This document shows positions 23,609-35,302 of a stretch of DNA of 64,000 bases, in pieces. The stretch spans positions 62,001 to 126,000 of the forward strand of contig CM052818.1 of NCBI GenBank assembly GCA_028534125.1, given 5' to 3'. Position numbers and translations under genes: made by a program. The notes under the pieces are model-generated. The model was not told the origin of the DNA. It worked only from the letters and a program-made list of their open reading frames with translations, and did no database searches. Every line of letters begins with the position of its first letter. The first letter of the stretch is position 1. This stretch comes from Lama glama. Taxonomy: Eukaryota.

Positions 23609-24446
23609 CTCACACCAGTCAGAATGGCCATCATTCAAAAGTCCACAAATGATAAATGCTGGAGAGGGTGTGGAGAAAAGGGAACCCTCCTACACTGTTG
23701 GTGGGAATGTGGTTTGGTGCAGCCTTTATAGGAAACAGTATGGAGATTCCTCAAAAGACTAAAAATAGACTTACCATATGACCCAGCAATCCTACTCCTG
23801 GGCGTATATCCAAAGGGAACCTTAATTCAAAAAGATACATGCACCCCAATGTCCATAGCAGCACTATTTACAATAGCCAAGACATGGAAACAACCTAAAT
23901 GTCCATCGACAAATGACTGGATAAAGAAGTGGTGGTATATTTATACAATGAAATATTACTCAACCATAAAAAAGAATAAATAATGCCATTTGCAGCAACA
24001 TGGCTGGACCTGGAGATCATCATTCTAAGTGAAGTAAGCCAGAAAGAGAAAGAATAATCTCATATGATGTCACTTACATGTGTAAGTGTGTAACCAAAAG
24101 AAAAAAAAAAGACACAAATAAACTTATTTACAAAATGGAAACAGACTCACAGACATAGAAAACAAATTTATGGTTACCAGGGGGAAGGAGGTGGGAAGGG
24201 ATAAATTGGGAGTTTGAGATTTGTGAATACTACCTACTATATATTAAATAGATAAATGATGATTTTATACTGTATAGCACAGGAAACTATATTCAATATT
24301 TTGTAGTAACCTATAATGAAAAAGAAAATGAACATATGTATGTATATGTCTTACTGAAACATTATGCTGTACACCAGAAATTGACACATTGTAAACTGAT
24401 TATACTTCAATTAAAATTAAATAACAAAATAAAAAGAATAAAAAGA
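23609..24446 (+). mobile_element. 5'-truncated LINE-1
   Basis: ORF2 end plus 3' UTR plus A tail. Confidence 0.95.
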
Positions 24447-24760
24447 AACTTGTTATTTGACAACAGATAATGGGTGTAGATTTCCCCTGGCTCCATTTCT
24501 ATTTGCGTGAAGGTCGAGCTCCATTCTCAGTTCCACAGCTGAAGGACAGGCTGGGGTATATAACATCCTGCCCAGCTCTGATTTCCAGTGGGTGTTCATC
24601 CATTTTAACCCTGAACTTGATACTTTAACCAATGTGATTCTTGAAAAGCTACAGTTCTGACTGGTTCCAACAGAGCTCTTTCTCTCAAAGACAACTCTAA
24701 GAGCTCTTTACCTGTAGGGATTCTGTCCCACCAGAATGTGGCCCGCTACGCCGGTGTGTC

Positions 24761-24763
<3 letters not shown>

Positions 24764-24799
<36 letters not shown>
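24764..24799 (+). repeat. (CA)n microsatellite
   Basis: Directly visible. Confidence 0.97.
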
Positions 24800-24801
<2 letters not shown>

Positions 24802-25843
24802 CATCCCACTACTGACTGTCTAGTTAACTGGGGAATTGCTGTCTTTTAAATATATGCAGAAAGTTAACAAGGAGAGAGGAAGAGAACCAACCATTATTAC
24901 CTCAAAGGACTCCACAGTAGAGGATCAGCTGGGTCTGTGAGGAAACAATGGGGAGGTCTGAAGAGCCTTATGTTTTTCAGGTATTTTCTGTTTTATGATC
25001 CAAATGACAGGAAGGTTTGTCTTAACCTTCGTTTGTCTATGTTAAAGACTCCTTTGAAATTTGGGGTTTGTTCTGCCCATTTCATTTCTGGGGTGGTTAT
25101 AAGCTTTCTTCTCATGACTCCCTGCCGTGGCTTCAGAGATAATTTATTTTAAAAAGTGAAAGATGCCATACTGAGGGCTGTTATTCCAGTTATTCCAGTA
25201 TTCCCCTCAGCTGTAGTTTTGAACCCTTACCAAACAAATTAGATCAGATTAATGATCAAAAGAATTCATTAAAGTATTGAAGAGCCATGTTAATTTCTAC
25301 ACCTGATTACAGCTTCACCTACAGACACTTTTTACCTCGCTTGGCATTTTCCAAATTCTCAACATATAAAAAAAAAGTCAAGACTGTCTAAAAGTACAAG
25401 CTTCTTGAGTTGGATATAGATAGGCAACAAGTACTGTTTGTCTATCTAATGAGTACTACCCTCCTCTTCTTCCTGAGTAGCACACCCCACTTTTATTTAG
25501 AATGACTGCATTTTTGAGCCTCCTTTAAGCCCCTATAGCCATGTGACATTATTTTAGCTAAGGAAATGTGAGTAGAACTGGTTTGAGGGAAACAGTGCAC
25601 AGAAAAAAGCTCCTAAAGGGAGACAGGCAGCTGGAGATTGCTCCTCTCCTTTTGTTCTTCCTCATTTCCTCCTGCTTCCTGCCTGGACTGCTTATGTGAT
25701 GGCTGGATCTTCAGCAGCTCTGTTAGACCATGAATAACCTAAAGATGGAAGCCATGCACTATGGATGGCAGAGCAGATGGAGAAAGTGACTGGTATGGGT
25801 TCCACATACCAATTTTGGACTTCATACCTCCAGACTTCTTTTA

Positions 25844-25887
25844 AATAATAATAATAATAACAATAATAATAATAATAATAATAATAA
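25844..25887 (+). repeat. (AAT)n microsatellite
   Basis: Directly visible, with one interruption. Confidence 0.95.
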
Positions 25888-27370
25888 AGCTCATATTATC
25901 ATATCATAGTTATTTACAGTCTTTTACTAGCAGTCCAGGGCAATTTCTATCTGAGATTCTTCTCCAAATAATAAAAGTAATAAAAAGCTAATGCTTATTA
26001 AATGCCGGTTATGTGTTGATTATTCTTCTAAGTGACATTAATTCCTTTAATCCTCATAGGAACATTATTATCTCACTGCACAGATAAGGAAATCTAGACC
26101 AGAATGCTTAAGTAACCTGCCCAAGGTCACACAGCCAGCTAGTAGTAGACCCAATATCTGATTCCAAGCCAGGATCCAGAATCTGCACTCTTAACCATGT
26201 GCTGATTGCCTCGAACATCCCAGCCCAAACATCAAAAATGGTCCAGAAAATATACTGGGCCCTGCAGTTAGGCAACTGCAAGCCCAACAGTTTAAGCTGG
26301 GTAGTTTCCAGGTTCCTGTGTGTCTTTCTTGGGATTTTCTGACTTTTCTAAGCATCAGATCACAAATATCAAAAACCCAAACTGACAGCCTGCTGCTACA
26401 CGGGCTGAGCTGTACTCCTGGGTGGGAATCCCAGGCACTGTTGCCTGCAGGTGCTGGGCATCCTACTGCCTTTGGGCGTCCCACACTCACATCCCATTTG
26501 GGAATCTTGCAGTGTAAGTGATCCTTTGGCAAAATTTCAGTCCTTCCCCCCAAGTAAAACAGAAGCAGAACAGTTGTAAAAATTATTTATTAGCAATCCT
26601 TTCGCGTTTGGACCACAGCGCTTTTAGGTACCTGTGTTCCCATCATTCGTGCACGTCAACGCTTCCATGGCAACACTCCCCGTTTCCCCTCTGCAGCTGT
26701 GTTACACTGACTGCTTACAACAACAGAGTGGTCATCTAGTTCACTTATAAGAATTTCCTAAACTCTTTATGCGTACACTCATTTAAGGTGTTGTCTAGCC
26801 CTTTCTTAGTCAACTTCATGTTAAAACATTATTATGCTTACAGAATATTGTTGCTTTTTCCCTTCTTTTTTCTTTCTCACCCACAATCTGTCAAGCAATC
26901 CGACTGAGAGCATCTGACTGAAAAGGTTTGAGATACACCAATTTCAACAAACGGGAAAATACCCTGAAAATTCTACCAGATCACAAACACACATTAGCCA
27001 ATATTGCAGTAGGACCCTGTTTGAACATGTGCATTACTGGGCTCAGGGTTTTTAGATGCCTGGAGAGATGGGACCAAGTGAAGGAAACCAAGGGCCGCTC
27101 CTAGGCAGTTTGGGTAATTCCCTTGCTGCAAAGCATGATTTACTAGCGAGTAGGAAGACTTCTCGAACTGCAAATTTTCCTGTCATTGACCCATCGCTAA
27201 TGAATGAGATCCTACCGTGATAGAATTGTTTTGGTTCTTACGTGCAGATGCTGCTGGGAATGATAGCAATTTACAACAACGATTTTCTTCCCCACGTAGA
27301 GCGACCTAGTTTATTAGTGCCCTTCCAACTAACAGCTACCTGAGAGGAAATAAATCAGGACACCAAAAAA

Positions 27371-27400
27371 GGCGCGTGGGCGCGCCGGCGCATGCGCACA
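27371..27400. promoter_or_regulatory. Mini CpG cluster with perfect NRF1 motif GCGCATGCGC (27388-27397)
   Basis: Seven CpGs in about 25 bp in a CpG-poor background; exact palindromic NRF1 consensus. Confidence 0.55.
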
Positions 27401-28494
27401 CAGGCCAAGGGAGGCGATGTAAGGGGCTCAAGGGGTGTGGGAGGGTGACGGCATGCAGAGGACGGGCTCAGGGAGCGGCAGGGTAAGGGGGTGCACAGAA
27501 GGGTAGGGGCACTAGGAGGAAGCCTAGGGGAGGCGAATTGGGACATACAGTCTTCAGTACCAAGCATGATCCCAAGTGGGGACGGAGTAGAAGATATAAC
27601 CACTGAGGAGACAGGGGTGGCAGCTTGTGGGCTCTGGGTTCCAGCGGGTGGGGGAGGGGGAGAGAGAGATCATGGGAGTGAGAGGAGAATGATGGCATAA
27701 TCCATTGTCTCCTGTTTCATGCAAACACCCTCCTAGGTGAGATGGGCATGAGCACCTGATGGATGGTTGTCCCCAGTTAGTCCTGAGCCACGCCTCACCC
27801 GTCCTCTTGCCATGGTCAGTCTCCAAAAACTGGTTGCCCAATCACATGTGCATGAGTCAGGGCCCTGCCAGGCTGAGTAGGGCGTGGGTGTGGGCAGGAG
27901 CCGGGAGGCTTGCACAACCCTGAACGGCTGAGGTCACTGGAAAAAGCCCAGCTGCGGGAGACACCCCAGAGGGACCCCTCAAAAGACTTGGGGGGGGCAC
28001 TGACAGTAAGATTTCTGGCTTCCCATCTGGGCTGGCCGTCTTATGTGCCCTGCCGTTTCCCAGACCAGAATATTAACAGGGATGTTAAGTCCTACTTCTG
28101 TCTACCCCAGTGGGTAAGGGGCAAGCCTAGGAGGTGTTGGAGCCAATACCCCTGACTTCCCCAAGCCTGGCTTTCTGTGCCAGTGACTGGCGCTGGGCAA
28201 TCCTGGGCTGGAGACTGGAGTCATCACAGCTCAGAGGGGCTTCCTGGAGCCTATGGCAGGGTGGAATGGGGCACCCTTCTGAGGACCACTGGCCTCGAGA
28301 GCCTCAGCCAGCTTGGATCTGACGGGAGGAAGATAAGGGATGTTGAGTCTCCAGTCCAGTTCAGATCAACGTTGAGGGCTTAAGAGCCAGCCTAAGCTTG
28401 TAGCAAATTTGGGTACAGCCACTTTGGTTCCCCAAAACCATCTGCCGAGCAAAGGCAGGGAGCCAAGCTGATAGGAATAAAAGCATATGTATAC

Positions 28495-28758
28495 TACTGG
28501 AGATGGTGCAGAAAGCAGCAAGTTACACATAGAGGAATCTATCACTTCTCCTGTCTAGAACTTGTCACATCTGAGCTAAAGTCTACAAAGAAACTGTAGT
28601 GCAGTGATTCCAAGAGTTCATGCCTCTGGGTGGGGTGGGGCGGGGGAATCTGTGATTCTCAACAGTGGGGGAAATTTAAAATTCCTTCCAACCACCATCA
28701 CACCTACTTGCAGAAATTCTGAATCATCTTCCAGGTAAGAAGCCTACAGTATTGTCCA
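28495..28758 (-). pseudogene. Two candidate exons (28758-28708, 51 nt; 28582-28495, 88 nt) of the RGS-like remnant
   Basis: Acceptors aacttttcag and gtttctttgtag. In phase 0 they read WTIL*ASYLEDDSEFLQ | TLAQM*QVLDRRSDRFLYV*LAAFCT, like the second half of an RGS domain. The second donor is weak. Confidence 0.4.
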
Positions 28759-31376
28759 CTGAAAAGTTTCAGTAACTATTTACTGAGCACCTCCATGTGT
28801 TGATTCCTCAGGGCACTGGGCAGACACAGGTGAAGCACCGCTGTGCCATTGGATCATCATGCTGGACTTGTCTGTGTGTGACAGTTTATTTACTCACAAG
28901 ACAGTCCAGCAGGGAGGGTCTGACCCAGCCCAACCTCACCATTTGGGGTGGGATGGATAATACGGGAAGTGATCCTCTGGCCCAACCGGATCCCCCATGC
29001 TCAGCCAGGCAGGTGAGGCTGGGTGTCACTGTCATGGGCAGTCACCCCTCTGGTGGCAGCAGATAGTAAATAGCGTGGGACAAAGCAGAGGTCAGCTTCA
29101 CGAGTGGGCAGAGTGCAGGCACTATCAACAGGGCCACATTTGGAAGTCTGGTCGGGCAGGTTATCCACAGCCGGACATCTGCAGCTGAGCTCTGGGGTTC
29201 AGGAGAATTCCCCAGTCGGAGCTGGGAGCTGGCAGGTACAGGCAGGGAGACGGGTGTCCTAGGAGGTTACCTGAGAAGGAACCCAGGAACAGAGCCCAAG
29301 GGGAGGCCAGTGGGGTGCTGGCCTTGGATCTTGAGAGATGGCCTGAATTACCTTGTCGGGGATCAAATGAAGGAGGGCAGGAGTTGGGTAGTCCTCAGGC
29401 AACATGGACGGGGTGGAGGACTGTGAGCCTGCCAGGGAGGGGAGCCTTGGGCCTGGAGGAGGAGGAAAATTGGGAGCGGGAGGTAGGGGTTGAGTTCCTG
29501 GCTAGCAAGGAAGTCTGTCATCTGTGTCTTGAGGGTACACAACCCATCCAGGGCTCCCTCTAGCCCACATGGGGCCCTGATATGACCTGAAAGTCACCAC
29601 CCCCCACAGCAGACCCGTTGGGTAGACACACCAGAGGCACTCAGATGGCACCTTTGTATAGAGAGAGAGACTCGGCTCGCTCCTGCAGGTACAGCCCGCA
29701 CCAGGACACACAACAGAACGTGAGTTGGATCTCAGTCCGCGTTGGCGGGCCTCGTACTCAGGATGCCCTGGGACCTGCTCGGCAGAGGGTGGTGAACCCT
29801 CTGGTTCCCCCTGAAGCTGGGCAAGCCTGGACCTCCCAGCAAGGAGCATGACTGTGGGTGGGCTTAACTCCACGGTGGGAGGAGGGAGTGTGGATATAAA
29901 CCAGCCTTTGTGCCTCTGAAAACCGGCCCCACCCCTCAGCTACCACCCTCTGCAGTGTAGCCTCTAATGGATTCCTTGTTCACACCACGTCAAGAATCAG
30001 TGCTGGTGACACCCCATCCCCATCTAGTGGCCACAGAGTCACAGCTGGAGAGAGACTGACACGGTGGGCAGCCTCAGCCACAGGCTTATGGCATGAAGCC
30101 TGACCTGCAGGTTATGGTCCTTACTAGTAGCAACTAACATTTATAGAGCACGTTGCAATTTACCAAGTGCTTTCTCACACATGATCTCATCTGCTCCCCG
30201 TGAGGCGGGGATGACTGGCAGGCCTCTCACAAATGAGAAGACAGCCGCGGAGAGGTCTGACCGAGGTGGCCGGGGAGGGGGGCTGCCGCAGGGTGGGCGG
30301 GAGGAAGCTCGCTGGCATCTGACTGCCTGGGTTCCCGCCCTAGTCCTGCGATTTCCTGGCTTCACCTTTTCTGTGCCTCAGTTTCTCCATGCATGAGATG
30401 GGGATGTTAGTGGCTAACTCATGCGTGAGATGGTCGTGGCAGTTATAATACTAGAGCAGTGCCTGGCATGGAACAGCTGACCCCAGCATAGAGGGCCTGC
30501 TTTCATAGCCAATTCTGGAAATAAGATGCACCAGTGTGTACCATTTGTGGTACAGTTAAGATTGGGTCAGATTGCAGTCATATTTGCAAAATTTACTTGT
30601 TTGTAAGTTTGTTGCCCATGACTTAGTTCCCATGCAGATGGACGCAGTGGACTGAGGACTTAGGTAAGGTGGCAACAAATGCAAGTAACAGGGATGAGGG
30701 GAGCAGGTGGAGTGTCCTGGGCTGGACTGGACAGTGCGGCCCCCTGTGAAGGCCAAGTGGGAATTCAGGGTTAAAGCCCCTTCCCAGTTTTCAACAGATC
30801 TTCCCATTTTTTCAACAGAAGCCCCAAACACTGACTTTAATTTTCTATTTTAGCAACGATTTTGAATTTCTTTAAAACACCGTGTGGACTAGAACCAGAC
30901 CAGCTACAGGCCGGTGTGGGCTCTCCAGGCTGTCCTCTGGGACTGTGACCCCCCCCCCACTGCCCAGAGCCTTCTGTGCCTGCCGACCACACCCTTCTTC
31001 CCCAGGCCTGTCTTTGCCAGGCTCCCTGATGGACACCACCCTGCTTGGTTTGCTCCTTGAGGCCAAAATGTCTGCCATGAAAGCGATGGGTGTTCTGCCT
31101 GGAAGATGCTATAAAAATTTCATTGCTCACTTACCATGTAATATGAAGAAAACTGTGCTGTGTAAAAAAAGATAAAAGCTGAGATGCACTTCTGGATGCA
31201 ATCGAGCAGTGGCAAGTGTTGAAGCTGCACACACATGTAAGATATGATGTGTTCATGATAATTTTTAAATAATGCTCATCTCAGGAGAGATTCGACACCA
31301 CATGAAAACCCCTCATTCAAGAGAGGAGCCTCAAAGTCATCTGTCCCAACTTCTCACATAAGATGGGGAAACCAGT

Positions 31377-31517
31377 GGGGAGGGTATAAGTCAATGGTAA
31401 GGCGTGTGCTTAGCGTGTACGAGGTCCTGGGTTCAAACTCCAGTACCTCCATTTAAAAAAAAATTAAAATACAGAAATAAACATAATTACCCCCCCAAAA
31501 AAACCCAAACAAACAAA
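31377..31517 (+). mobile_element. Vic-1-like SINE
   Basis: tRNA-like head; TSD AGATGGRGAAACC (31361-31373, 31518-31530). Confidence 0.85.
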
Positions 31518-32104
31518 AGATGGAGAAACCTGCCCAAGAGCTAGTGCCCAACCTTTCACCAACATGCAGCTGCCCTCCTGCTTCCCAAACCCACTTTTCC
31601 AGTTGTACTGTGTAGTCCCTGCTTTCTGGGGCCTGTGATCTTCCTCCTCAGGGCATATCCCCGTACATGTCACCCCAAGGATGTTCACTGGGAGCCCTTC
31701 TGCACCCGTAGAGTAGCCCTGGCACCTCTGGAAGGTAGCAATCCAGTAGCTGACTTTGTAGGATGTCGTCTGTGTTTATCGTATGTTCCTCTACTTTCCA
31801 GAAAGTGTGGAAGAAACGACCTGGGCTCAGGTTGAGGCAGACGGTATATAAACAGCACTTAGGAGCCAAGTGATTTTGTGTGAGGCATTTGGCCCTGAGT
31901 CTCTTATTCCTTTTCTCTGAATTTGGATGGATACCAGCTACCACTGAGTGTTGGTTATAATTATGATCAGATTTCCCCCCAGGAGAACACAAGGTCCCTG
32001 AGAGTTACACACACAGTGACACACCTGAACATGCGCAAGTGTGCACGCACTGCCCAGTGCCCAGAGCCAGAGGGCTGCTGAGGAGGTGGCCCTTGGGAAC
32101 CCAC

Positions 32105-32483
32105 CGTGGCAGCAGAGCCAGACGTTAGGTCATCCAGGCTTTTTCTGGCACTTGGGTCCAGCAAATGCTTTGCTTGGCTGGGGCTGGAGGCCCCTGTTCC
32201 TGGCTGACCACTGGCATTGGGATGCCTTCTCCTTGACTTCAGAATCCTTTCAGCGATCCCAGTGCACACTGAGACCAGACTGTTTCAGCAGCAAATTACA
32301 GAGACAATGATCTCAGCAAGATTGAGGCAACAGAATCAGAACTGAGCGGCATCCATACTCACATTTGCGCAGATAAAGTTACACACGCTGGTTGTGCTTG
32401 AATTTGAAGAGCCTGTCCTTCAGGGTAGGAAGAATTTTCCAGAGAGGAACAGCGGGTACCAATGAAGAGCAAGATTTGAAAGA
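32105..32483 (-). pseudogene. Two candidate exons of the RGS-like remnant (32483 to 32383 or 32363; 32268-32105)
   Basis: Acceptors ctgcccttatag and ggtctcag. Translations LSNLALHWYPLFLSGKFF and IAERILKS..AKHLLDPS; the latter is spaced like recalled RGSL1 LAENILS..ATHLQEGS. The boundaries are uncertain. Confidence 0.35.
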
Positions 32484-32628
32484 CTATAAGGGCAGGGATA
32501 GAATAGCCCATGACCCAGGCAAGAGGAATCAGGGGTTTATTCTAAACTCCATCACTGGGATCCTAATTAACTTAAAAAAATAGTTTAGTCTTCTTGGCCA
32601 TTGTCCTCTCCATTTATAAAGGGGGTAC

Positions 32629-32977
32629 TATTACAGAAACCTGAAGCTCATCGAGAGACCAAGCGACACTTGCACGGTTGGAGAACTCAGGTTTATTATG
32701 CCAATGGGCCAAGAGGAGTTAACATTCTAAGCTCTGGACCCCCTCCGTAGGTTTACACAGGCTTTTATAAAATTTTAGGTTTCAATTAAGTTCACACCAC
32801 ATTCAAATGAGGTGTTAGAAATGGACCAATCAGGAGTGAGCTCTTGGGAACCAATGGAATTCTAGGGGTAAGTTTCATTTTCCTAGAAGCAAGCCATTTT
32901 ACGGAAGTGCAAAAGTGGGAAGGCAATGGCCCTGCCTGGGAGGTCTTGCTGGTCCCTTTGTGGGTTTTGTCCCTTCA
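32629..32977 (-). mobile_element. Probable solo LTR (ERV1-like)
   Basis: Minus-strand AATAAA and TATA-like element, ..CA terminus, near-match 4-bp flanks. Confidence 0.55.
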
Positions 32978-33362
32978 GTGCAATACCCAGTCATCAATAT
33001 CTGATAAATGCACCCAATATGCCAGGTTCTGTGTTAAGCCACTTTACACGTGTGTCCCATTTAATCCTCATAATGGAATCAGTTCTGTTATCATTTTCAT
33101 TTTCCAGATGCAGACATGGAAGCTTATTTACTACCAAAAAAGAAATGATAAGTTTTCACAGGAGTAGCTAGGGAAGGCTTCGTAGAAGAGGTGATGTTGG
33201 AACTGTCTTAAGAAAATGAGTAGATGTCTGTCAAGTAGGTAACATGAGGAAGAGGAGAAAGCACAGGACATTCTAAGCAGAGGAATCAGCTTGTACCAAG
33301 GCCCAGTGGTCATAAATGAACTGGAAGACCAAACCGAGGTCCGACTATGAAAGGCTAAGCTA

Positions 33363-33759
33363 GTTTTTTTAACAGACTTATTCTCTTGGAGCAGTTTCAG
33401 GTTCACAACAGAATTGAGCAGAAAATGCACAGAGTTCGCACACAGCCCGCTCTGCCCACACATATATACTCCCCTATCCTCACCATCCCTCATCAATGTG
33501 GCATGTTTGGTACAATCGATGAACCAGCATGGACACATTATTATCAACCAAAGTCCATGGTTTACATTAGGGTTCGCTGTTGATGTTGTACAGTCTATGG
33601 GTTTTGACAAATGCGCAATGACATGTAGCCACCACTACGGTATCATGCAGAATAATTTCATTGCCCTAAAAATCCCTTGTGCTCCATCTATTCATTCCTC
33701 CCTCCCTCCCTCTCCTCAGACTCCTGGAAACCACAATCTTTTTATTGTTTCTGTAGCTG
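33363..33759 (-). mobile_element. L1MC-like 3' end element, copy 2
   Basis: Close reverse complement of 6620-7000; flanking repeat AGGCTAAGC. Confidence 0.85.
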
Positions 33760-34000
33760 AGGCTAAGCCTATTTGTTGGGCAATGTGCCATCAAGGATTT
33801 TGATGGGAGAGTCACATGATTGGATTTGTTGGGTGGACTAATGATTCTATAGTGCCTTTTGGGTAAAGTTTTGCAGTCTTCATTTATTATGGCTACAATT
33901 TACTTTTAATTCTCCACCACTTCCAGCTCACTCCCTTTTCCACTATTCTAGTGGACTATGCATTTAAATCTTTTTCAGAAGACAGGGACTCAGTACCTAC

Positions 34001-34488
34001 TGTCGACTGAAATAAACTCACCACCTAAAAGTTGAGAGTTATGGTTTATTTGGTGGACATTTCTGAGGACTCGAACCCCTTCAAGCCCAGGATGACAGCC
34101 TCTCAGATCGCCCTGAGGGACCGCTCCGAAGAGGCAGGGGAGGAGCCAGGATGTATAGGAGTTTTTGCAACAATGACCAGGTAGTCAGAACATCAAAAGA
34201 TTACTGTTAACTAGAGAAAACCAGACGTCTCCAGTTACAGAATTTAGCCCTTTTCTATGTATGGGAGGGAGCAAATATCTGGACTCATTGAAATCATTCC
34301 TTCGACAAGCATCTGGCTATCTAGGGCCAGTATCCTGTCTTTCCACATCCGGAGTCCCCACAGCGGGCACCGCTGGGGGTGGCTGCAGAGGCCGGGCTGC
34401 CTGCTTGTCTGCATCCTGAGTTGGCTGATGACTTGATGGCCCAGCATTCTCTGCTTACTGATATGACGTGCAGTATTTTTGGTTCACA
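34001..34488 (-). mobile_element. Solo LTR (ERV1-like)
   Basis: TG..CA termini, 4-bp TSD CTAC, minus-strand AATAAA. Confidence 0.85.
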
Positions 34489-35079
34489 CTACCTACTTAC
34501 AAATGTATGTGTATGTGCACATACAGGTGATGTCCAGGCCAGGGGAGAGAAAATGACAAGAGAGACTGAGAAGGAGGTGATTATTTCCAAGAGGTAGATG
34601 GAGTAGTAAAGAGACTGGTCACAGAAGCCAAGAGGAAAGAGTTGGAACAGGGATCAGCTGGTTGGCATGTCACATGTTGCCAAGAAGTTAAATTGGATGT
34701 GGACTGAAAAAAGGTCTTGATTGAGTGATGAGAAGGTCACGGGGGATCATGAGGACAGTTCACTGCCCTACAGAGCCAGATACAAATGAGAAATGAAGAA
34801 GTGAAGGCAGCAAGGTCAGACTCACGTGGTCAAGAAATTTGCAAAAGGACAGGCAGAGAAAGACTGATGGGTTAAGTGAGGGAGGAGGCTCAGATTTGCT
34901 TGTTTGCTTGTTTTCCTGTCATCTGTAGGGAGTGGATGCAGAGCTCAGACGGGAAGGTGAGCTTCAGGCAAGTGAAGGACACAGGGAGAAGTAAACCCAG
35001 AGGTAGAATGAATCCTGGATAGTGAAAGATGTCAGACAATGGAGATGGGGAGAAAGCTAAAAGCTAAGCCACAGCTTAC

Positions 35080-35302
35080 CCTGGAATGGCAGCTGAGACT
35101 GAAGTGTGCAATCTGACTGGAGGACTCTGAGAAGTGGGTTTCTGCAGTTTCCCCACAGAAATATGGTTGAGGTCATGGCCCCAGCTGCACACTTCTGGCT
35201 CCTGTTCCTCCCCCTCCACACACACGCACCTGTTCGCTGCACATCCCCACGGAGGGTCACTTCTCGAAGCCTCACTTTTGCTGCCTGGTGGGGATGCGGC
35301 TA
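35080..35302 (-). pseudogene. Candidate linker exon of the RGS-like remnant (223 nt, open in phase 1 to 2)
   Basis: Long pyrimidine tract plus aag acceptor, strong donor AGG|gtaagc, and no stop in 73 codons. Confidence 0.4.

Larger units (their letters stand above)
24901..27872 (-). pseudogene. Cluster of six phase-compatible exons: 27872-27799, 27339-27242, 26963-26881, 26549-26491, 25387-25336, 24934-24901
   Basis: Donors are gtgagg, gtaaga, gtgaga, gtgagt, gtaaaa and gtaata. Acceptors are canonical except at 26549 (AG apparently mutated to GG). The spliced frame has only 2 stops in about 133 codons and includes ..QIVGGRTEILPKDHLHCKIPKWDTVLTFFLYVENLENAKRDPADP.. Confidence 0.55.

Noticed and set aside
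30018..30033. CTCF-like motif (minus strand TGGCCACTAGATGGGG)
   Set aside because: Partial match only; not supportable from sequence alone.
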